Positions 30,013-39,250 of a DNA stretch of 64,000 nucleotides are shown in pieces. Position 1 is the first letter of the stretch. Every line of letters starts with the position of its first letter. The notes beneath the pieces are model-generated. The model made no database searches and was not told the DNA's origin. It saw only the letters and a list, made by a program, of their open reading frames with translations. Source of the DNA: an uncultured Ignavibacteriales bacterium (lineage in GTDB: Bacteria; Bacteroidota; Ignavibacteria; Ignavibacteriales; Ignavibacteriaceae); assembly GCA_963746735.1 (NCBI GenBank), contig CAVVCO010000013.1:51253-115252 (forward strand), in the 5' to 3' direction. A program made the position numbers and the translations under genes.

Positions 30013-33000
30013 ATGGAAAGAAAAAAAGTAACAATTGACGGTAATGAAGCGGCAGCTTACGTAGCGTTTAATACCAATGAAGTGATAGCGATATATCCGA
30101 TTACACCTTCTTCAAATATGGGCGAATGGTGTGATGACTGGTCTGCAAAAGGTAAAAAAAATATATGGGAAGAAATTCCCTCGGTTAGCGAATTACAAAG
30201 TGAAGGCGGTGCATCCGGCAGTGTACATGGTGCTTTACAAACCGGTGCTTTAACAACTACTTTTACTGCATCACAAGGCTTGCTCTTGATGATTCCTAAT
30301 ATGTTTAAGATTGCAGGTGAGCTAACTTCAACTGTTTTTCACGTTTCAGCAAGATCAATAGCAGCACAAGCATTATCAATTTTCGGCGACCATAGTGATG
30401 TAATGGCTGCGCGTTCAACAGGATTTGGGATGCTTTCGTCAAATTCAGTTCAAGAGGTAATGGATTTCGCTTTGATTGCTCAAGCTTCAACTTTAAATGC
30501 AAGAATTCCATTCCTTCATTTCTTTGATGGATTTAGAACTTCTCACGAAGTAATGAAAATCGAACAGCTTTCAATCGAAGATATGAAAGCAATGATTGAT
30601 GATGATTTAGTAATAGCACACCGTAAACGTGCTTTAACTCCTGATAATCCATTTATCCGCGGCACAGCTCAAAATCCAGACGTTTATTTCCAGGGTAGGG
30701 AAACTGTAAATTCTTATTACAATAATTGTCCGGATTTAGTCCAAGAACAGATGGATAAATTTGCTAAGCTTGTTGGCCGCCAATATCATTTGTTCGATTA
30801 TGTTGGAGCTCCTGACGCTGAAAGAGTAATTGTATTAATGGGCTCTGGAGCGGAAGCAGCAGAAGAAACAGTGGATTACTTAATTAGTAAAGGCGAAAAA
30901 GTCGGAATATTAAAAGTAAGGTTGTACAGGCCTTTCTCAATTAAGCATTTTATAAATGCACTTCCTAATACTGTAAAAGTAATTTCTGTTTTGGATAGAA
31001 CAAAAGAACCCGGTGCTTCCGGCGAACCTTTGTATCTAGATGTTGTAAATGCAATTTCCGAAATGCATGTTGACGGCGAGCTTCCTTTTGCTTATCCTAA
31101 AATAACCGGTGGACGTTATGGACTTTCATCTAAAGAATTTACTCCCGCGATGATAAAAGGGGTATTTGATGAAATGTCAAAAACAAAACCTAAAAATCAT
31201 TTCACAGTTGGTATAATTGACGATGTAACAAATACAAGCCTCGACTATGATGCTGAATTTTCAGTAGAAGATGCAAAAACTTTCCGTGGTAAATTTTATG
31301 GCTTAGGTGCTGATGGAACAGTTGGTGCAAACAAAAATTCAATTAAAATTATCGGTGAAGGTACTGATAATTATGCCCAGGGATATTTCGTTTATGATTC
31401 AAAAAAATCGGGTTCAACAACAATCTCTCACTTAAGATTCGGCCCGAAAAAGATTCAATCATCTTATTTAATTAACAAAACCAACTTCGTTGCATGCCAT
31501 CAGCAAGAATTTATGGAAAAATTTGATATGCTTGGGGATGTTGTTAATGGAGGGACATTCTTATTAAATACAATTTCTTCAAAAGAAACTGCCTGGGATT
31601 CTTTGCCTGAAAAAGTTCAAAAAGATTTAATTGATAAAAAGATGAAATTTTATGTTATTGACGCTTACAAAGTTGCCGGCGAAACCGGAATGGGAGTAAG
31701 AATCAATACGATCATGCAGACATGCTTCTTTGCAATTTCAAATATCTTTCCAAAAGAAGAAGCAATTCAATTAATTAAGAATTCAATTAAGAAAACTTAC
31801 GGCGCAAAAGGCGATAAAATTGTTCAAATGAATTTTGCAGCAGTTGATAGAACTTTGGAAAATCTTTTTGAAGTAGAAGTACCGAGTTTAGTTACCAGCA
31901 AAATTAAATTGAAACCAGCGGTTCCTGTAGAAGCTCCTAAATTTATCCAAGAAGTAACAGGCCAAATAATTGCAGGCGCAGGTGATTTAATTCCAGTAAG
32001 TAAAATGCCGATTGACGGTACTTATCCTTCAGGTACAACAAAATGGGAAAAAAGAAATATAGCCTTGGAAGTTCCAGTATGGGATGACGAAGTTTGTATC
32101 CAATGTAACAAGTGCGTTATAGTTTGCCCTCATGCAACTATACGTGCTAAGGTTTATGAAGAAAAAGAATTGAAAAATGTTCCCGAAACATTCAAATACA
32201 CAAAATTCAAATCTAAAGATTACGGCGAAGGAATGTATTATTCACTTCAAGTTGCTGTAGAAGATTGTACAGGCTGCGGAATTTGCGTTGATGTTTGCCC
32301 TGCTAAAAATAAAAAAGAAACCAAGCTTAAAGCGATTAACTTGAAAGAACAGCTTCCTATAAGAGAAAGCGAAAGTAAAAATTGGGAATACTTCTTATCA
32401 ATTCCAGAACTTGATAGAAGAAAAGTAAGTGTAACAAAAGTTAAAGACTCACAATTCCTACAGCCGCTATTTGAATTTTCCGGCGCATGTACTGGCTGCG
32501 GTGAAACCCCTTATGTTAAGTTAGTCAGCCAATTATTTGGAGATAGAACAATTGTTGCAAACGCAACCGGATGTTCTTCAATTTATGGCGGTAATTTACC
32601 TACTACGCCATGGACAATGAACCAAGACGGAAGAGGCCCGGCATGGTCAAATTCATTGTTTGAAGATAATGCAGAATTTGGTTTAGGATTTAGATTAGCT
32701 ATAGATAAACACAATCTTCAAGCAAAAAATCTTCTTAAAAAATTATCAGGAGATATTGGGGACAAATTAGTAAGCGGTTTATTAAATGCGGATCAAAAAG
32801 ATGAAGCTGGAATCTATGAACAAAGAGAAAGAATAACGGCATTAAATGAAAAGCTAAACGAGCTTCTTAAATCAAATAAAAATGGAAAATCACAAGACAT
32901 TAAACATTTATTAAGCTTAGCAGATTATCTTGTTAAAAAATCTGTTTGGATAATGGGCGGCGACGGCTGGGCTTATGATATCGGTTACGGCGGTTTGGAT

Positions 33001-33603
33001 CATGTTCTTGCTTCCGGAAAAAATGTTAATGTTTTAGTTCTCGATACTGAAGTTTATTCAAACACCGGTGGGCAGGCTTCAAAAGCAACTCCAAGAGGAG
33101 CAGTAGCAAAGTTTGCAGCCGGCGGAAAACCTATGGGTAAAAAGGATCTTGGTTTGATGGCAATATCTTATGGTAATGTATATGTAGCAAAAGTAGCAAT
33201 GGGTGCAAATGATACTCATACTGTAAGAGCTTTTCTTGAGGCAGAAGCATATCATGGCCCTTCCTTGATAATTGCATACAGCCACTGCATTGCTCATGGT
33301 ATCAATATGGGTACAGCAATGAACAATCAAAAAGCTGCGGTTGATTCAGGTTACTGGCAATTATACCGTTACAACCCTGATCTTGCACTTGAAAGAAAAA
33401 ATCCGTTTAAGCTTGAAAGCAAAGGGTTGAAGATAGCTTTAAAAGATTATGCATATATGGAAACAAGATATAAGATGTTAACAAAAAGTCATCCGGTAGA
33501 AGCAGCCCGTTTAATGGAAGAGGCTCAAAAAGATGTAGTGGATAAATGGAAAACTTATGAACAGCTTGCATCTTTTAATCCTGAAAATGTAAAAGATAAT
33601 TAA
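30013..33603 (+). CDS. nifJ: Pyruvate:ferredoxin (flavodoxin) oxidoreductase, single-polypeptide PFOR
   Basis: 1196 aa. Two ferredoxin clusters (CIQCNKCVIVCP, CTGCGICVDVCP) and a TPP-binding region (GGDGWAYDIGYGGLDH). Confidence 0.97.
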   Translation: MERKKVTIDGNEAAAYVAFNTNEVIAIYPITPSSNMGEWCDDWSAKGKKNIWEEIPSVSELQSEGGASGSVHGALQTGALTTTFTASQGLLLMIPNMFKIAGELTSTVFHVSARSIAAQALSIFGDHSDVMAARSTGFGMLSSNSVQEVMDFALIAQASTLNARIPFLHFFDGFRTSHEVMKIEQLSIEDMKAMIDDDLVIAHRKRALTPDNPFIRGTAQNPDVYFQGRETVNSYYNNCPDLVQEQMDKFAKLVGRQYHLFDYVGAPDAERVIVLMGSGAEAAEETVDYLISKGEKVGILKVRLYRPFSIKHFINALPNTVKVISVLDRTKEPGASGEPLYLDVVNAISEMHVDGELPFAYPKITGGRYGLSSKEFTPAMIKGVFDEMSKTKPKNHFTVGIIDDVTNTSLDYDAEFSVEDAKTFRGKFYGLGADGTVGANKNSIKIIGEGTDNYAQGYFVYDSKKSGSTTISHLRFGPKKIQSSYLINKTNFVACHQQEFMEKFDMLGDVVNGGTFLLNTISSKETAWDSLPEKVQKDLIDKKMKFYVIDAYKVAGETGMGVRINTIMQTCFFAISNIFPKEEAIQLIKNSIKKTYGAKGDKIVQMNFAAVDRTLENLFEVEVPSLVTSKIKLKPAVPVEAPKFIQEVTGQIIAGAGDLIPVSKMPIDGTYPSGTTKWEKRNIALEVPVWDDEVCIQCNKCVIVCPHATIRAKVYEEKELKNVPETFKYTKFKSKDYGEGMYYSLQVAVEDCTGCGICVDVCPAKNKKETKLKAINLKEQLPIRESESKNWEYFLSIPELDRRKVSVTKVKDSQFLQPLFEFSGACTGCGETPYVKLVSQLFGDRTIVANATGCSSIYGGNLPTTPWTMNQDGRGPAWSNSLFEDNAEFGLGFRLAIDKHNLQAKNLLKKLSGDIGDKLVSGLLNADQKDEAGIYEQRERITALNEKLNELLKSNKNGKSQDIKHLLSLADYLVKKSVWIMGGDGWAYDIGYGGLDHVLASGKNVNVLVLDTEVYSNTGGQASKATPRGAVAKFAAGGKPMGKKDLGLMAISYGNVYVAKVAMGANDTHTVRAFLEAEAYHGPSLIIAYSHCIAHGINMGTAMNNQKAAVDSGYWQLYRYNPDLALERKNPFKLESKGLKIALKDYAYMETRYKMLTKSHPVEAARLMEEAQKDVVDKWKTYEQLASFNPENVKDN

Positions 33604-33664
33604 TAATTGATGATTAACTGAAATCTTAACTAATTAAAATAAAAATTAGTGGAAGGGTACTACG

Positions 33665-34321
33665 ATGGAAAATGAAACTAAAAAAGGAATTCCGCTGATT
33701 GGCGATAAATTTCCTGAAATGAAAGTTCAAACAACACAGGGAATGCTGAATATACCAAAAGATTTTGAGGGCAAATGGATGGTTTTATTTAGTCATCCTG
33801 CTGATTTTACTCCGGTATGTACAACCGAGTTTGTAGCGTTTGCAAAGAGAAATGAAAAGTTCAAAGAATTAAATGCCGAATTAGTTGGGCTGTCAATTGA
33901 CCAGGTATTCTCTCATATAAAATGGATTGAGTGGATTAAAAATACTTTAAATGTAAATATTCCGTTTCCTGTAATTGCAGATCATTCCGGGAATGTTGCT
34001 GAAAAGCTTGGGATGATTCATCCCGGTAAAGAAACCAACACTGTAAGAGCAGTATTTGTAGTGGATCCCAAATCAATAGTTCGGTTAATGATTTACTATC
34101 CGCAAGAAATAGGAAGGCAAGTTGACGAAGTATTAAGGGCATTAAAGGCATTACAAATCTCTGATAAATATAAAGTTGCCATGCCTGAAAATTGGCCTAA
34201 AAATGAATTAATAGGTGACAAAGTAATTATACCTCCGCCAAAAGATGTAGTTAACGCTGAAAAAAGAATGAATCCTGAAGAAGGATTTGACTGGTGGTTT
34301 ACTTATAAGTCATTGAACTAA
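33665..34321 (+). CDS. 1-Cys (Prx6-type) peroxiredoxin
   Basis: [14 protein letters not shown] active-site motif, 218 aa. Confidence 0.9.
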   Translation: MENETKKGIPLIGDKFPEMKVQTTQGMLNIPKDFEGKWMVLFSHPADFTPVCTTEFVAFAKRNEKFKELNAELVGLSIDQVFSHIKWIEWIKNTLNVNIPFPVIADHSGNVAEKLGMIHPGKETNTVRAVFVVDPKSIVRLMIYYPQEIGRQVDEVLRALKALQISDKYKVAMPENWPKNELIGDKVIIPPPKDVVNAEKRMNPEEGFDWWFTYKSLN

Positions 34322-34447
34322 GGAATTTGGCTCTGTCCTGTACTATTGTGCTTCTTGTATTGTTGGATGGAGCCGAAGCCATTTAAAAATATGTGAAGTG
34401 AGTAAAGTTAAAACTAGAATAGAAAATTAAATTAAAAAGGTAGACTA

Positions 34448-35437
34448 ATGAATCTTTCAACTAAATATTTAGGACTTGAATTAAAAAATCCAATTGTCCC
34501 TTCTGCGGGACCATTATCACAAAGTATAGACAACATAAAGAAAATGGAAGACAGTGGGGCAGCAGCTATTGTACTTTACTCACTTTTTGAAGAGCAAATT
34601 GAACATGAACAGCTTGAATTAGATCACTACACCACAGTTCATAATGAAAGTTTTGCAGAAGCTCTTGATTATTTCCCGGAACCTTATGAATATAAAACCG
34701 GCCCGGAAGAATATCTTGAGCATATTAGAAAAGCAAAAATTTCAGTCGATATCCCGATTATTGCCAGTTTGAATGGGAAATCTCTTGGCGGCTGGATTGA
34801 ATACGCAAAGAAAATTGAACAGGCTGGTGCAGACGCACTTGAGTTAAATATTTACAACCTGGCTACAGACATAAACAAAACTCCTCAGGAGATAGATAAC
34901 TCATATATTAATATAGTGAAATCCGTTAAAGCAAATATCAAAATCCCTATCGCCGTAAAGATGCATCCATTCTTCAGTTCAGTTTCGCATATGGCTGCTG
35001 AATTGGATAAAGCAGGAGCTTCGGGGTTACTTTTATTTAACAGATTCTATCAGCCTGATATTGATTTACAAACACTTGAAGTTGTTCCAAATGTTTTATT
35101 AAGCACTCCTATGGATTCACGTTTGCCGCTTAGGTGGATAGCAGTATTGTACAATAAAATTTCTGCCGACCTTGCTGCCACTAGTGGTATTTATACAGAA
35201 AAAGATGTAATCAAAATGATTATGGTCGGTGCAAAGGTTACACAAATGCTTTCATGCTTGCTGAAGTTCGGTATTACTCACATTACAGACGTACTTACAA
35301 AAATGAATGCTTGGATGGAAGAAAACGAATATGAATCATTAGACCAAATGAGAGGAAGCATGAGTTATATGAATGTAGCTGACCCTTCTTTGTTTGAACG
35401 AGCTAACTATATGAAGGTTCTAAATTCTTACAAATAA
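34448..35437 (+). CDS. Dihydroorotate dehydrogenase-like TIM-barrel flavoprotein
   Basis: The class-1 DHOD-like fold pattern is present (NPIVPSAGPLS...LELNIY...IAVKM...LFNRF). No clear catalytic Cys/Ser loop could be assigned, so the call stays 'DHOD-like'. Confidence 0.65.
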   Translation: MNLSTKYLGLELKNPIVPSAGPLSQSIDNIKKMEDSGAAAIVLYSLFEEQIEHEQLELDHYTTVHNESFAEALDYFPEPYEYKTGPEEYLEHIRKAKISVDIPIIASLNGKSLGGWIEYAKKIEQAGADALELNIYNLATDINKTPQEIDNSYINIVKSVKANIKIPIAVKMHPFFSSVSHMAAELDKAGASGLLLFNRFYQPDIDLQTLEVVPNVLLSTPMDSRLPLRWIAVLYNKISADLAATSGIYTEKDVIKMIMVGAKVTQMLSCLLKFGITHITDVLTKMNAWMEENEYESLDQMRGSMSYMNVADPSLFERANYMKVLNSYK

Positions 35438-35454
35438 AAAATAAATAAATATTT

Positions 35455-35546
35455 GCCCGTAGTTTATTGGGATGTAGTTCATCCTTTTTCCTTTCTGTTC
35501 CCCTTTTTAGCAGAGAACTAATAAACTGGCGGGCTTTTTTATTTTT
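35455..35546 (+). terminator. Long-range hairpin plus T-run (terminator or small structured RNA)
   Basis: GCCCG-T-AGTTTATT (35455-35468) pairs with AATAAACT-GG-CGGGC (35520-35534). It encloses the GGATG/CATCC hairpin (35470-35484) and is followed by TTTTTTATTTTT. Confidence 0.55.
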
Positions 35547-35612
35547 AAATAGACTTATCTTTTACATGAACGGTTTGACATATCTATACCGTTCGTTTAA
35601 TTTTAAATCACT

Positions 35613-35951
35613 TTGAAAAAATATTTACCGATATTAACAAGTATTAAATTGGAAGCCTGGATGTGGATGGCTGGTTTATTTTATTTAATGTTAATTGATC
35701 CTAATAGTGTTCATCATTTTTCATTTTGTCCGTTAAAAAACTTAGGCTTTGATTTTTGTCCAGGCTGCGGTCTGGGATTATCAATCAGTAAAATTTTTCA
35801 TTTTGATTTTTACGGATCATTTCAAACACATCCATTAGGAGTGCCGGCTTTAATAATTATTTTGAATAGGATTTATGTTCTAATAAAATCATCAGAAAGT
35901 TCTCAACATAATTTCAAAAGTAAAATTATCATGAAAGGAGAAATTACATGA
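35613..35951 (+). CDS. DUF2752-like membrane protein
   Basis: FCPLKNLGFDFCPGCGLGLS Cys motif plus TM helices. TTG start. Confidence 0.6.
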   Translation: MKKYLPILTSIKLEAWMWMAGLFYLMLIDPNSVHHFSFCPLKNLGFDFCPGCGLGLSISKIFHFDFYGSFQTHPLGVPALIIILNRIYVLIKSSESSQHNFKSKIIMKGEIT

Positions 35952-36301
35952 TAAATATATTACACTTAATGCCAAACTTAGATGAAGTGGAATTGATGTA
36001 CGTTAAAGATATGGTAAAAGATATGAATGATAATCAAATTCAGCAGTTTGCAATAATTTATAATTCGAAAAGAAGAGACCCACAGTTAATCCTAATTCTT
36101 ACATTAGTTGGTTTTTTAGGATTTGCCGGAATTCAAAGATTTCTTACAGATCAAATTGGAATGGGTATCTTATATTTCTTTACTGCGGGCTTATGTTTTA
36201 TAGGTACTATAATAGATTTGGTAAACTATAAATCGCTTGCTTCAGAATATAATATGAAAATGGCGAGACAAGCTGCAGCCATGACTATGGCGGTTAATTA
36301 G
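35948..36301 (+). CDS. TM2 domain-containing protein
   Basis: LVGFLGFAGIQRFLTDQIGMGILYFFTAG matches the TM2 signature. Its start overlaps the upstream stop (ATGA). Confidence 0.7.
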   Translation: MINILHLMPNLDEVELMYVKDMVKDMNDNQIQQFAIIYNSKRRDPQLILILTLVGFLGFAGIQRFLTDQIGMGILYFFTAGLCFIGTIIDLVNYKSLASEYNMKMARQAAAMTMAVN

Positions 36302-36420
36302 ATTTTGTTTTGGATAATAGTACAAAGACTAAAATAATTATATCCTAAGAATCCGAATCTATTAAAATTATCTAAATAATTTTCTTAAGCTTTCGTAGAT
36401 TTTTATCTATATTAATTATA

Positions 36421-37347
36421 ATGTGCATAATAAGATCTGATAAAATTATCTTGGAGATTAAGTTGAAAAAATTATTTATAATTTTATTTGCATGTATTCT
36501 GATATCTAGTAGAAGCTTTTCACAGGAAGAAAATAAAGTAAATGTGTTATTGCGTTTTGATGATATAGGAATGTGCCATTCTGTAAATGAAGCTTTGAAA
36601 GAAATAATTAAAACTGGCCTTCCAATTTCAGTTTCCGTAATGTTTGCTTGCCCTTGGTATCAAGAAGCAGTAGACATTTTAAAAAATAATCCTCAAGTTT
36701 CAGTTGGTATTCATCTCACATTAAATGCTGAATGGAAAAATTACAGATGGGGCCCAATATTAGGAAAGAGCGCTGTCCCAAGTTTAGTAGATAGCCTGGG
36801 ATATTTCTTCCCTTCAAGAGCGACTTTTAATAATAATCATCCTAGTCTTGCAGAAATAGAAAAAGAATTAAGAGCGCAGATAGAAAGAGCACTTAACAGC
36901 GGACTAAAAATAGTTTATTTAGATCATCACATGGGCACCGCTGTCGACAAACCCGAGTATAGAAAAATTTTAGAAAAGCTTGCAAAAGAATATCACCTGG
37001 GAATATCACAATACTTTAATGAAAATTATACTGACAATATGTATGCAGATAAAATTGAAAACAAAGCGGACAGTCTTTACAAGATTCTAAATAATCTTAA
37101 TTCAGATAGGGTTAATTTAGTCGTTAGTCACATTGGAATTGATAACGATGAACTTTCAGGATTGATTGATCTAAATTCTTTTGGAATGAAACAAATGAGT
37201 AAACATCGTCAAGCAGAATTGAATGCATGGAAATCTGAAAGAATTCAAAATCTTTTACATTCAGAAAAGTTTTCATTGATAACTTATAAACAATTAATTG
37301 ATAAATTTGGTCTAAAAAATATGAAACAGCCTGAGGTAACAAATTAA
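36421..37347 (+). CDS. YdjC/ChbG-family carbohydrate deacetylase (secreted)
   Basis: LLRFDDIGMCHSVNEA, GIHLTL and LDHHMG motifs. The true start may be the TTG at 36463, which precedes the signal peptide. Confidence 0.65.
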   Translation: MCIIRSDKIILEIKLKKLFIILFACILISSRSFSQEENKVNVLLRFDDIGMCHSVNEALKEIIKTGLPISVSVMFACPWYQEAVDILKNNPQVSVGIHLTLNAEWKNYRWGPILGKSAVPSLVDSLGYFFPSRATFNNNHPSLAEIEKELRAQIERALNSGLKIVYLDHHMGTAVDKPEYRKILEKLAKEYHLGISQYFNENYTDNMYADKIENKADSLYKILNNLNSDRVNLVVSHIGIDNDELSGLIDLNSFGMKQMSKHRQAELNAWKSERIQNLLHSEKFSLITYKQLIDKFGLKNMKQPEVTN

Positions 37348-37407
37348 GAAATGGATTTATATTTGCCAGTCCAATCTTTTATTAGGTATCAAATAAATTT
37401 TTTTAGG

Positions 37408-38541
37408 TTAAATCCAATCTGGCGCGACAGCATCCATTAATCTTTGGATCAACTCACGATTGTGTCTCTCAATTTCAGCCTTTCTGGGAATAGTTTCATA
37501 AGCAGGCAATTGATCGTGCAAGTATTCCGGCAAATCTTTTCCAATTCTTTGCATCCAATAAATTCTCCAATCATCTGGTAAACGTTCAGGGATTTCTAAA
37601 CCTTGTAAAATAAGATAAAGCAATATCCAAATTCTCGGTGTGGCAGTTATAGAATATCCTCCACCAAGAGTAAAGAGAATTTTGCCCTTACAGTATAAGT
37701 TGCCTAGCTCAATCACCCGATTATATATTTTTTCAAAATCTTGAGTAGTAAGCATTAGATCAGCAAGGGGATCAGAGAAATGTGCATCGGCTCCGGCTTG
37801 TACAATTATTGCATCCGGCTTGAACCATTTTAATGCAGGAGCGACAATTCCATTTATAATTTCTAAATATGAAACTCCTTCCGTAAAAGGCTCTAATGGA
37901 ACATTTAATTTTAATGATCTTCCCATTCCGCTGCCGCGCTCATGAAGCCAGCCTGTACCGGGAAATAAAAATTCGCCGGATTCATGAAGAGAAATGGTCA
38001 TTACTTTTTCATTTGTGTAAAAAATTTCTTGAACTCCATCACCATGATGCACATCAAGATCTAAATAAACCACATGCCAGCCGGCATTTATCATTTCATT
38101 TACTGCATAAGCTAGATCATTGTAAATGCAAAATCCGGCAGCGGAACTTATATGAGCGTGATGAAATCCACCACCCATTTGTAAAACTTTATTTGCTTTG
38201 TTTTCAATTAGAAGTCGTGCGCCTAACGAAGTGCCGCCAATTTGTAAGCGGGCTCCTTCAGCCATTCCATTTACAATTGGATTATCTAAAGTCCCCAATC
38301 CATATTCTTCAGCAATTTTTAAATTATTTCCACAACTAGCTTCTTCTATAATATCCACATAAGTTTTGTCATGTATTGCGTATAAGTCTTCTGGGGATAC
38401 AGAGTTTGGTTTAAGCGGTTCTTTTAATTGCCCAGTTCTTTTTAGAAAATCTATCACCATTTCAGCACGTAGTGAGCTAAAGGGATGCTCTGAACCCAAA
38501 TCATATTTGTTGTAATCGGGATGATAAATTATTTGACACAT
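37408..38541 (-). CDS. acuC: Acetoin-utilisation/histone-deacetylase family protein AcuC
   Basis: GGGFHHAH and DLDVHHGDGVQ, the class I HDAC zinc site. Confidence 0.85.
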   Translation of the reverse strand: MCQIIYHPDYNKYDLGSEHPFSSLRAEMVIDFLKRTGQLKEPLKPNSVSPEDLYAIHDKTYVDIIEEASCGNNLKIAEEYGLGTLDNPIVNGMAEGARLQIGGTSLGARLLIENKANKVLQMGGGFHHAHISSAAGFCIYNDLAYAVNEMINAGWHVVYLDLDVHHGDGVQEIFYTNEKVMTISLHESGEFLFPGTGWLHERGSGMGRSLKLNVPLEPFTEGVSYLEIINGIVAPALKWFKPDAIIVQAGADAHFSDPLADLMLTTQDFEKIYNRVIELGNLYCKGKILFTLGGGYSITATPRIWILLYLILQGLEIPERLPDDWRIYWMQRIGKDLPEYLHDQLPAYETIPRKAEIERHNRELIQRLMDAVAPDWI

Positions 38542-39158
38542 GCAACTTGAACAGGCCAGATAACTTCAAACCCGGCATTACAAATGGCTTTAGCAATAAA
38601 TCTCATTTCCATTGTTCCAACTCGAAGAACCAATCGAATAGTTTTATCCTTTTCCGGGTAAGTTAAAATTGAATGAATATTTACTTTATACTCTGCTAAT
38701 AAAGTTGCCAGCCTTGCTAATTCTCCGGATCTATTAAACAGGCGAACATCTAATCGTCCTGATGGCTGGTGAACACCTGTTAGTAATAAAAGTGCATCTA
38801 GCATGTCTGTTATTGTAACAATGCCGATAAGTTTTAATTCTTCAACGACAGGAAGACATCCAATTCTTAATTCTCTCATTAGTTGAGCGGCTGATTCAAT
38901 TGGATCTGAAGGATGTGTAGTTCTTACAGGATGGCTCATTATACTTCTAATAGCTTCTCCCGGTTCAAAGGGATGCTTAGCAAGTTTACTTGTTGCTAAC
39001 CGCAAGTCACGGTCAGTTATAATCCCAACCAGATTATCATTTTCAACCACTGGCAAGTGGCGAATATTCTTAATTAGCATAAGCTCATAAGCTTCACTCA
39101 ACTTTGTTTCAGGAGTAATTGTTGTGAGCTCATTTTTCATTACTTCTTTAACTATCAT
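38529..39158 (-). CDS. acuB: CBS-pair plus ACT domain protein AcuB
   Basis: Two CBS motifs (HLPVV..GIITDRD and LPVV..GIVTITD) and a C-terminal ACT-like region. Overlaps acuC. Confidence 0.75.
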   Translation of the reverse strand: MIVKEVMKNELTTITPETKLSEAYELMLIKNIRHLPVVENDNLVGIITDRDLRLATSKLAKHPFEPGEAIRSIMSHPVRTTHPSDPIESAAQLMRELRIGCLPVVEELKLIGIVTITDMLDALLLLTGVHQPSGRLDVRLFNRSGELARLATLLAEYKVNIHSILTYPEKDKTIRLVLRVGTMEMRFIAKAICNAGFEVIWPVQVACVK

Positions 39159-39250
39159 TATTCCCCCTTACATATTGTGAACGAAAAATTAATTATTAAT
39201 TTCATAACCAAGATTTATAAATATTAAAATAACTTCTAATAGAACCCGAA

